Part shown: in pieces, positions 1 through 10,831 of the stretch
Position numbering within the stretch: position 1 is the stretch's first letter
How the letters are laid out: the number at the start of each line of letters is the position of its first letter
Assembly: GCA_002269645.1 (NCBI GenBank)
Contig: NIVC01003998.1
Location: 1 to 64,000 of the forward strand
Length of the DNA stretch: 64,000 nucleotides
DNA from: Macrostomum lignano
Taxonomy: Eukaryota
Reading direction: 5' to 3'
Program-made: the position numbers and the translations under genes
Notes under the pieces: model-generated
What the model was told of the DNA's origin: nothing
The model's input: the letters and a program-made list of their open reading frames with translations, nothing else
The model's database searches: none

Positions 1-781
1 AGTAGAGGGGGCATGAGTCGGGAGTAGAGGGGCATGAGTCGGGAGTAGAGGGGGCATGAGTCGGAGTAGAGGGGGCATGAGTCGGGAGTAGAGGGCATGA
101 GTCGGGTAGAGGGGGCATGAGTCGGAGTAGAGGGGCATGAGTCGGGAGTAGAGGGCATGAGTCGGGAGTAGAGGGGGCATGAGTCGGAGTAGAGGGGGCA
201 TGAGTCGGGAGTAGAGGGGGCATGAGTCGGGGGTAGTGGGGGCATGGAGTCGGGGTAGAGGGGCATGAGTCGGGAGTAGAGGGGCATGAGTCGGAGTAGA
301 GGGCGGCATGAGTCGGGAGTAGTGGGGGCACGAGTCGGGGTAGAGGGGCATGAGTCGGAGTAGAGGGGGCATGAGTCGGGAGTAGAGGGGCATGAGTCGG
401 GAGTAGAGGGCGGCATGAGTCGGGAGTAGTGGGGGCAGAGTCGGGGAGTAGAGGGGCATGAGTCGGAGTAGAGGGGGCATGAGTCGGGAGTAGAGGGGGC
501 ATGAGTCGGGAGTAGAGGGGGCATGAGTCGGGAGTAGAGGGGGCATGAGTCGGGAGTAGAGGGGGCATGAGTCGGGAGTAGAGGGGCATGAGTCGGGAGT
601 AGAGGGGCGTGAGTCGGAGAGTAGAGGGGGCATGAGTCGGGAGTAGAGGGGATGAGTCGAGAGTAGAGGGGCGTGAGTCGAGGTAGAGGGGCATGAGTCG
701 GAGTAGAGGGGGCGTGAGTCGGAGTAGTGGGGTCGTGAGTCGGGAGTAGAGGAGGCATGAGTCGGGAGTAGAGGAGGCATG
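1..781. repeat. G-rich minisatellite, about 22-bp unit GAGTCGGGAGTAGAGGGGGCAT
   Basis: Direct tandem copies with G-run length variation; runs off the window start. Confidence 0.97.
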
Positions 782-1060
782 AGGGGTTAAACCCTTACAC
801 CGATCAGCCTAATTTGTTTTATCCAGCAGTACAGAATCAAAATTTCTAATAAACCGATTAAACAATAGAACTATCCCTAAAAAACTTACTCAATGAATTG
901 TAAAATTTTCGAGTACAATATTTCGCAGAATATGTTTCCTCGCGAGGCCTCATTAGTGAGCAGAGGACACATCTGCTTGCTCACGGTAGATGGGAGAGTG
1001 GTGAGGCAAGTTGATGAGGCTGTCAAGTGCTTCGGCTTCAGGCTGCAACAGCATCAATTA

Positions 1061-2775
1061 CTAAACCTGCAGCTGCTCAACCGCCTTCGCCATACAATAG
1101 CGAATCGCTTGAGCGCGCCCGCTACATATTTCACTATTTGCATTGGGATTGAGAACAGTTGCTCGCATAGATGCGACACTGCCTGTTGAGTTCCTCTCTC
1201 GAAATAAAAACAGGGTGAGCATACAGCAGTGCAGCAGGGGCGGGACAGCGCCGGTCTACTAATCACCTCGGTTAGGAAAACGAAAAACAAGATGAGGCAG
1301 AGCTTGAGTTTAGGTCAGACTCTCCTAGGCCTAAACATGATTTTCTTCCCAATGATGCTCTTCTCATCCGTCTTCCTCTCCTTCGCATCCTTTTATTTTT
1401 TCAGCAGTCAAAATCCCACTCCGTGAGAGAAATCCTCAAATATAATTAGTGTCTGAGCCGAGTCTTACGGGGAAGAGTTCTGCATGGCATGTAGCTCTCA
1501 TCTGCTTCTCATCTGCTTCTCATCTGCTTCTCATCTGCTTCTCATCTGCTTCTCATCTGCTTCTCATCTGCTTCTCATCTGCTTCTCATCTGCTTCTCAT
1601 CTGCTTCTCATCTGCTTCTCATCTGCTTCTCATCTGCTTCTCATCTGCTTCTCATCTGCTTCTCATCTGCTTCTCATCTGCTTCTCATCTGCTTCTCATC
1701 TGCTTCTCATCTGCTTCTCATCTGCTTCTCATCTGCTTCTCATCTGCTTCTCATCTGCTTCTCATCTGCTTCTCATCTGCTTCTCATCTGCTTCTCATCT
1801 GCTTCTCATCTGTCTCTTATCTGCTTCTCATCTGCTTCTCATCCAGTTCTCACCCAGTTCTCACCCAGTTCTCATCCAGTTCTCACCCAGTTCTCACCTA
1901 GTTCTCATCCAGTTCTCATCCAGTTCTCACCCAGTTCTCACCTAGTTCTCATCCAGTTCTCACCTAGTTCTCATCCAGTTCTCACCTAGTTCTCACCCAG
2001 TTCTCACCCAGTTCTCACCCAGTTCTCACCCAGTTCTTACCTAGTTCTCATCCAGTTCTCACCTAGTTCTCATCCAGTTCTCATTCAGTTCTCATCCAGT
2101 TCTCACCTAGTTCTCATCCAGTTCTCACCCAGTTCTCACCTAGTTCTCATCCAGTTCTCATCCAGTTCTCACCCAGTTCTCACCTAGTTCTCATCCAGTT
2201 CTCACCTAGTTCTCATCCAGTTCTCACCTAGTTCTCACCCAGTTCTCACCCAGTTCTCACCCAGTTCTCACCCAGTTCTCACCTAGTTCTCATCCAGTTC
2301 TCACCTAGTTCTCATCCAGTTCTCATTCAGTTCTCATCCAGTTCTCACCTAGTTCTCATCCAGTTCTCACCTAGTTCTCACCCAGTTCTCACCCAGTTCT
2401 CACCCAGTTCTCATCCAGTTCTCACCTAGTTCTCATCCAGTTCTCATCCAGTTCTCACCCAGTTCTCACCCAGTTCTCACCCAGTTATCATCCAGTTCTC
2501 ATCCAGTTCTCACCCAGTTCTCACCCAGTTCTCACCCAGTTCTCACCCAGTTCTCACCCAGTTCTCATCCAGTTCTCATCCAGTTCTCAAGACTCATTTA
2601 GCTCTTAAGCTAAGTTTATGGGAAGTTGCCAGCATTTGAAAGAATAACTATCTCACATCCCACATTATCCACTCACCTCTGTCCAACATATAAATTTGGA
2701 CCCGTCAATGAGCAGCTTGGACACGGCCACCTGTTTGAGCTGGCTGGCGTACAGAGCTGGTCTGGCGTCGGCCAT
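1061..2775 (-). CDS. Putative small spliced gene of unknown function (exons about 2775-2677 and 1195-1061)
   Basis: Acceptor CTTCTGCAG ending at 2788, ATG at 2775 (MADARPALYASQLKQVAVSKLLIDGSKFICWTE), phase-0 donor GAG|GTGAGT at 2676. A phase-0 acceptor at 1196 gives RNSTGSVASMRATVLN...AIRYCMAKAVEQLQV followed by TAG TAA. Additional exons are possible. Confidence 0.4.
1496..2590. repeat. 11-bp minisatellite: (TCTCATCTGCT)n switching at about 1830 to (TCTCA[C/T]CCAGT)n
   Basis: Direct tandem repeats; they produce the spurious SSASHLLLICF ORFs. Confidence 0.97.
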
Positions 2776-3234
2776 CGGTGCTGGTAACTGCAGAAGGCCG
2801 AGACCACTGTAGCGGGATGCAAGGGGGATGCAGAGCAAGCTTCGAATATCTGATAGAAATTGAGGAGCATTTATTCTCTCCCGGCGACCAATCCGAGCGT
2901 ATCCCATTGCTGCTCAGTTGGGAAGAAAAATGAGGGGAAGGGGAAGAGAGTAGGAGAACAGGGGCGACTCTAATTATCGTTACGGTGGCCTTCCTAACCT
3001 TCTCTCTGAAAGACACTTGCCCTCATTCAGTTCTCATCCAGGAGCCGATCACCAAAGGGCAAAGGACTCTGTGGTACTGCATATCTATGAGCCCAATTAA
3101 TTGAGTGCAATAAATTTGTATAGCATCGAATAAATTCGGTTATTACGAAGATTTAGTTGATTGGCCTGCCCATCAAACTGGAATTAAAATGAAGTTTTCT
3201 GGCATCAGAGTATTCAGGTATACCAATATTATTA

Positions 3235-4162
<928 letters not shown>

Positions 4163-4254
4163 TTACTATTTGATACAACAATTGCTTTTGGCAAGGAAGG
4201 CAGCCAATATTGCGCAGTCAGGATGCAAGTTTAAACCGTCGCCAGCAGCGCCAA

Positions 4255-5156
4255 CTAGCCATCACGGAGGATTTGCTCCTGCGAGCTGCCCGAGATTTGG
4301 CCGCCGGTTCGATTGCCGCCAGCGACAGCTGCGGTCGCAGCGGCGGCTGCCGCGGCCGCGTTGGCGCCGGGCACGGACGGCAGCAGGATGGTGGCCACGT
4401 GGCGGCTTTTCACGTGCCGATCGCGCAGTCTGGAAGCGTAGAAATCCTCGCGGTCCTTGGCCCGGTCCATGAAGCTGCCTAGACAGTAGAGCATCGCGTT
4501 TACCATTAGGGTGGCGGCGACAGAGCTGAGTAGCACTATGGGGCCCATCTGCTCGCGAACGAAGCACTCATACAAACTTTCAAGGCTGTCCAGGCTAAAT
4601 TGAGACTCGTCAATATTCAGCAGATCGCCCAGTTTGCATTCGACGAATAGTGCGCTTCCCGTAGCTGCCTGCATGTCGTTTTGGAACTGTTTTTCACGCC
4701 AAACTTCTAGCGATTTTAGCCTGAGGAATAATAGCTTGCAACTAGGCAAGAATTTCAATTCATTTTTGAAGGATTTTTCATTATTTTTGAGACGAAGCTT
4801 CGGACCATAGACAGCTGATCCGGAGCAGACAAATTTAAAGTGTGCCCATCACAAACAGCCAATCGGCTAACGAGTCGAGTTCTTACTTTCTAGCAAGTAC
4901 AATTCAACATGGAAGAAGGGGTGTTGCTTTTGCCGTGGGCTTGGCTGATTGCTACATGTAGTTTGGACTAACTGGTGTTTTAATATATAATAATGCTAAG
5001 AGCTCAAGAAAAACTACAAAAATATTAAAGCACTATAGCATTCCAGCTGTGGCACTTTGACTATTAATAATAATAATAACAATAATAATAGATGAAAACT
5101 ACCCTAATGGGCAGATGTGCAACCGACAGCTCAGCCACCGCTATTGCGCGGCGCAT
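4255..5156 (-). CDS. Spliced gene for an unknown protein with a C-terminal hydrophobic segment (exons 5156-5103, 4971-4887, 4814-4255)
   Basis: Phase-consistent GT-AG junctions (54 nt phase 0; 85 nt phase 0 to 1; 560 nt ending TAG) give MRRAIAVAELSVAHLPIR-LVQTTCSNQPSPRQKQHPFFHVELYLLE-TVYGPKLRLKNNEKSF...QILRDG. Hydrophobic stretch IVLLSSVAATLMVNAMLYCLG and a poly-Ala run. Further upstream exons (5.8-6.6 kb) could not be resolved. Confidence 0.6.
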
Positions 5157-5183
5157 CTGAAGGCAGAGTACGGCTGTTGGTCG

Positions 5184-5510
<327 letters not shown>

Positions 5511-6962
5511 CTTACTAGGTTACAATGCCTAAACGCAAATAAAAATTCGAAATTCTTTGTTGCACGTTGATAAAAACAGCTAGTTACTTTTTAATTCTGC
5601 TCTACGTTCGAATTATGCATTGTATATTACAATACCAATCTTAATAAAAAGTGTAAACTTTTAATTTAGGACTGTATTTCCTGACCTCGCTGCTGCTGAT
5701 ACAACATGGGTTTCTTAAGACCGGGGCACAAAGATGAACTGGGGGCAACAAAGATCAAAGCTTACTAAAATTAAAATCGACACAGATGCTATGAAATAGA
5801 AGATATTGTTCCTGAGCTCCAGACTCCGCACTCGCTATATGCACACAGCAGTCCATGGCCTATCATTCAGTCCCGCTTATTTACTTTTCTCACTGCCAGC
5901 CTTTTTTAATTTTCCCGTCTCAACTCCCAAGAGCTTCAATCTCTCTCTTCTGTGCTCCATCTGACTGCTGCATCTTGTCGGCGTTTCCTGCTTTCTGTGC
6001 AGCTAATTTCCTGAATTTCCCGCAGTGGGGAACGGGGCAGGATCGGAGGAAGAGATTGCGTGGGAAGCTCGCCGAGTTCTAGGAGGTATTTATAGTTCCG
6101 GGATCCTGTGCCCGCCCACTGCAGATTGAACAATAATATGATATTTTTTTCTGTTCTAACCAGACTCACGCTCTAACTCTCCGTTTGAGTTTTTTTAGCG
6201 ATTCGGCTGCTGCACAATGCATATACGAGTAGCAGCTCAAAAGTAGTGATTTCATTTCCGGAACCATGCAGCAACTGTTGGATCGTTCACTAACAAAAAA
6301 CCGTTGGTTATTTCATTTGCACCACTACAAATTATAAAGCACAATGACAAGGCTGCGGTTTGCGCTAGGCTTGCCTTGAGCAAACCGGCTTTAGTGCCCA
6401 GGCACCCTCTTTCTGTACGCCCCCACCGCGTGTGTACCAGTACGTTCTCTTTCGTGCTGGCTAGGTGGGCGCCCACCCGTCCGGCGGCAGGGAGGTATTC
6501 TTTCCAGCCGCGCTGCTCAGCAGGCAGTGTTTTTGCGCAGTTCTTTTTTTCTTCTTTTTTATCCTCATTTTAGGAGCCTTTCAATAGAAAATACGATTGA
6601 GGTCTCGCTAATGCTTTCGCTTTCGCCAACGTCGCGTCTTCATGTTTTGCTTTGGAGCTCAAAATAACAAATGCTTGTTTGTACACCGCGGCAGCACTGA
6701 ACATTTAAATTGCTTTCTTAGTTTCACAAACAAGCCGAATAGTTTCGGCCCAAGTATAATGGTCTATGGGGTATAATTGACTTCGGTTGCATTTCGCCAT
6801 AGACATGCAAAATTGGTACATGCATATAGAATTGACGATCGAAAGCGGTGCATCGCGCGGCTCATATTTGCGGCTTAGTGCTTTGTTCCACCCCAGGCTA
6901 ACAACTGTGAAAAGCGGCTGACAAAGGCGCATAGGGCACCGAATTCGACGCGCACCACGACA

Positions 6963-7946
6963 ATGAACAAGCAGAGCATAGAGGACACCTGGGGCATGCG
7001 GGAGTACAGCCTGCAGAATTCTGTTCGCATCGTCAATAACAATCCGGACATGAAGAACAACGTGAGTGTTTCATGTGCATGCGGCGAGTTGATTAACCAG
7101 AATACGGACTGGCACGTGATGATCGCCAATGGCACCAAGCTGTGCTACTTCTGTGCCAATTGCAATTCCTGCCGGAAGTCAAACGCCTGCGCTCCCCAGC
7201 GGCTGGTGTGCATCGACGGCCTTGTGCTCTGTCATGACTGCCTGGTGAACTTCGGCTACCCGCGACAGCCCACCTTCCGGATCAAATTTGACGATCCAAA
7301 CGGACTGATTGATCCGGCAAACGCCAACCATTCTGCAAACAATGCGGCACCGGCGGCTGCTGCGGCTCCAGCAGCTTCGGCGACTGCCTCGACGACCGAT
7401 GTGCTACAGGAATACCGACGCAAGGATCGATCCTTGTTTCGCGAAAAAGCCGACGGGCGTCGGCAGCTGAGGCGCGCGTATTACGAACGACAGATGGCCC
7501 GGCTGCCAGACAAGCGAAATCCGCTGGTGACGGCGGTGCCGTACGACGCTTCAAAGGGCAGCCTGGAAAAAATGGTCTGCCCGGTCTGCAGCAAGGCGGC
7601 CACCGGTACAGTCAGATACGTTGTGGCCGCAATCGGCCGTATCTATCACAGATCCTGCTTCGCTTGCCAGAACTGCAAAATTCCGATGAACCAGGGCATT
7701 CAGGTGGCCGGCCGGCATTTCGAGCTCTGCTCGTGCGAGCCGCCCCAGGCTTGGTGCACTAGGAGCGAGTGCAAGCTGCAGAGGATGGCGCACCACGAGT
7801 CCAGCAATTGCTGGCTGGCCCCAATCAGGCCTGGCGGCCGGGAGCAGCGCGATACCGACATCAGCGCTAAATTTGATTCCAAGGATTCCAAGAATGAAAC
7901 GAAAGCCGATCAGAAAGAGGCTGGAGCTGCCGGTGCACAGGCCTAA
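6963..7946 (+). CDS. Intronless 327-aa Cys-rich protein with one LIM-like and one degenerate LIM-like domain
   Basis: CPVC-x16-YHRSCFACQNCK matches the LIM C-x2-C...H-x2-C-x2-C-x2-C pattern. N-terminal CACG...LCYFCANCNSC...LCHDC. Acceptor TTCCACCCCAG at 6896; AATAAA at about 8006. Confidence 0.75.
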   Translation: MNKQSIEDTWGMREYSLQNSVRIVNNNPDMKNNVSVSCACGELINQNTDWHVMIANGTKLCYFCANCNSCRKSNACAPQRLVCIDGLVLCHDCLVNFGYPRQPTFRIKFDDPNGLIDPANANHSANNAAPAAAAAPAASATASTTDVLQEYRRKDRSLFREKADGRRQLRRAYYERQMARLPDKRNPLVTAVPYDASKGSLEKMVCPVCSKAATGTVRYVVAAIGRIYHRSCFACQNCKIPMNQGIQVAGRHFELCSCEPPQAWCTRSECKLQRMAHHESSNCWLAPIRPGGREQRDTDISAKFDSKDSKNETKADQKEAGAAGAQA

Positions 7947-8169
7947 AAGTTTAAACGACAGTTACACGTCTCTTAAATTTGAGCTACAAATTTAATTTTG
8001 AAAAAATAAACGGAGCGCAAAGTTCCAAGCTCGCAGATTTCTGCTGCGCTTGGAGTTTAATTTAATTTCAAATTATATCTGCGAACTTATTGATTAGGTT
8101 GGTATAACTTAACTGAATCACGAGAAAGACTCAACAGGATGTGAGTTTAAATGCTGAAAGATTCAATAC

Positions 8170-8420
8170 CGACGATTTAAGGTTAGGGCTAGTGGTTAAG
8201 GTTTAGGTTAAGGCTTAGATTGGGGTTTGGGATTAGGTTAGGTCTTAGGGTTAGGGTATGGTTAAGGGTTTGCAGTTAATCTGTGGCAGTTAATTTTTGG
8301 CACTTAAACTTCACTGGCAGCAGTCAAACGTCACTCTGACAGTCAAAAGTCACTGGTAGTTAAACGTCACTGGCAGTTAAACGTCACTGCAACAATCAAA
8401 TGCTGGAAGTCAATTTTCGT
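8170..8420. repeat. Degenerate TTAGGG-like tract followed by CAGTTAAACGTCACTGG-type short repeats (likely a non-autonomous element)
   Basis: Visible short imperfect repeats; family not identified. Confidence 0.4.
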
Positions 8421-9412
8421 TGACCCATTGTTAGGCTGTGTTCTATCTAATTTTCTGTCCTAAATCGTGTACATGCATGTACTGTATGTGTGTTCCACCT
8501 GGGATTAGGAAAGCCAGTGTGGGTTTTAGCGCCTTTTAAGGCAAAATGATGTTCTTTACAAAAAGGTCCTTGCTTAATTTTAGCATAGACTAGCATAGTC
8601 CCTCAGGAAGCCCTTACATGTACATAGTCTCTACGTAAGCCATTTTTAAGATTTTTTTATTTATCATCATTATTGTTATTATTACTATTATAATTATTAC
8701 TATAATTATATAGTAAGCAAGAGCCCGATCGCGTAAGCGTATTCACCGACGCGCGGCAGTTTAAACCAATCTGATGAGTGACTGAGGCGTTACTTTTTAT
8801 TCAATACCCCATGGGACGCACGTGGAGGATTCAAGACAAATAATTTGCAAATTTCGAGTGAATCACTGATGATTTTTTCAAATTCTTTCTGCAAAAGGGT
8901 ATTTTTGTAGTGCTTTCTGGAGTAAAAGCTTTCAGCAACGATTTTAGTGTAAAAGTACGAATGTGTTTTGTTTTAAAAGTAAAAATTCAAATAACAACAC
9001 GATGATGCTAAATTTTTCACATTAAGCGTGAAAAGTTTACAAGATCAGCAAGCAAGACAAGCAAGATTATTTTCAAATTCAACCGAGGATGAGGATGGAT
9101 GGCTATACAATTATAAAAGTACATGTAGCTAATATTTTTGTAGCATACATGTATATTTGCAGAAAGACTATATTATGCAAGATAAATTACGGTGTAGTTG
9201 TCGAATAATATAATTTCTAGCCCCTAGCCTTCTCTTCCATTTATGATTTAGCTTTAAGTATACGAAATAGAAATGGGTCTTAATTCAATTCTAATCAATA
9301 TCTGAAACGGAGTTCTTATAGACACGGCGGCCGTGTCTATAATATTTGAGCTTATGGGCACGGCCATTATCATCGATATAAAACGCGTGTTCTATGGGGC
9401 TTTTCTCACAAG

Positions 9413-9497
9413 CAATTGGTGGCTCAGTGGATATGTCGATTGCCTTGAGATTTTGAGTTAGCAGGGGTTCGAATCCTCAATAGTTGGAGATTTTTTA
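9413..9497 (+). other. tRNA-like Pol III unit (pseudo-tRNA or SINE head)
   Basis: A-box TGGCTCAGTGG (9418-9428), B-box GGTTCGAATCC (about 9466-9476), then TTTTTT. Anticodon and acceptor arms do not pair well. Confidence 0.5.
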
Positions 9498-9740
9498 ATT
9501 TGAATTTTTTTAGCAAATAGAAATTTTTTCGCCCCGAATTTTTTTCAGGGTTTTAAATAAAATAAAACAATAAATTAAAATAAATTAAAACAATTTTTTA
9601 ATAAGAGTAACACTTAATCTTAAAGTGCGGCCGATATGTATCGAAAGAATATTTTTTTTACATATATAATTGCGGCCGCACTTTTTTAAGACTTCGTGTT
9701 ACTCTTAAAAATTTAATTTAATTTAATTTTTAAAAACTTT

Positions 9741-10190
9741 TGTAACGTCGTCGCTTCTGTATTGAAAATGTTCAATTTCGTATTTATGGTTTTTGCAATT
9801 AATATTTAAAACTATATCTATTTTGGTCTAATGTTTGTAACTATTTTTTAGTTACTTTCCCCATTTGGTTTAATTTTGTTTTTCTATTTTCAATTAGTGC
9901 AGTTATTCAAATTTTGCTTCTTGATAGTTTTTGTGTAGTGTCCTGCGCTCTGTGTGTTGGTCTTAGTCCCGTAGGCTGGGTGGCATTAGCATTATATTAT
10001 CGTCTCAGATTACCCTTTGGTAAATAGTTGGCATTGCCATACTGCTTCTGACCTACTCACCATTATTCAGACTAGCAATTGAGTTGTTAAATTAATAATA
10101 CGTATATTGGCCTAGGACAAGATCAACACTCAGACTCAGCACGCGCACGCGCATCAGTCCCATGTTCTCGAACTAAATAAACTCGTCACA
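9741..10190 (+). repeat. 5' LTR
   Basis: TGTAACG...GTCACA; identical to the 3' LTR apart from one G; AATAAA at about 10176. Confidence 0.98.
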
Positions 10191-10196
10191 TAAATT

Positions 10197-10213
10197 TGGA
10201 GGGTCCCACCGAA
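10197..10213 (+). promoter_or_regulatory. Primer-binding site, probably tRNA-Gln
   Basis: TGGAGGGTCCCACCGAA, 6 nt after the LTR. Matches the complement of the metazoan tRNA-Gln 3' end (TGGAGGTCCCACCGAG, recalled) with one extra G. Confidence 0.7.
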
Positions 10214-10831
10214 TTCGTCGAACTCGCATCAGCTCGGATTCAGCTCGCATACGGCTATATGCCATCAAGTATCTGCAGCAGTGCACAGGTACTCTAAAAC
10301 CAAGTGGCAAGTGTTCCTGCATCCAACAGCGAGAGCGAGACAAACCCCCGCCATCACGTGACCGCGAGTCACCCCTTAGCTGGCCAACCAGAAGCTACCT
10401 GCCCGACTGCCTGCAAGTTTTCGTCCTTTGGGGTTGCGCGCAACGATACCCCAGTCAGAATCAACGCCAGTCAGAGTCAACCAATCGAGACTGCACTACA
10501 AGTACAAGCGCCAAGAGACCAACTGACCAACAACAAATTGAGCTTAAGCCGGGAGGCCAAGCCAACGCCGGCGGCAACCCAGGACTACACCGAATCACGT
10601 GGCAGTGGCAGGAGACCAGCTAGGTGAGGGAGTTTTCTTAGTATTCAACTCTGCATAGGAACATAGGGCCTGTCTGGCAGAGCCAGTATAATATTTTCTG
10701 GGTTAGTCTAATTTTTCTAGGAATTGTAGTGAGGCTCTTTAACTCTACCAGACTTCTTTCGTGTTTTTATTATCTGGCCTTTCCTCTCGCCACTCTCTGG
10801 CAAAGCAATATCTGTCATATCTCGTCTCCTA

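Noticed and set aside
890-1290. In-frame TGA joining ORF 1290-1054 to a downstream open frame (possible selenocysteine)
   Set aside because: No resemblance to a selenoprotein family, no SECIS seen, and a different frame looks more protein-like.
5740-6620. Candidate upstream exons on the minus strand (donor GTGAGT at about 6169, acceptors at 6119 and 6080)
   Set aside because: No phase-consistent, stop-free chain to the exon at 5156 could be built.
8170-8280. Interstitial telomere
   Set aside because: TTAGGG copies are few and degenerate, more like the low-complexity part of a non-autonomous element.
8760-8800. Hammerhead-ribozyme-like CTGATGA followed by a short stem (GTGAC...GTTAC)
   Set aside because: The required GAAA after stem II is replaced by TTTT; stems I and III were not found.
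10304-10627. 107-aa upstream ORF in the retrotransposon leader
   Set aside because: GTG start, no recognisable motif; compatible with chance.
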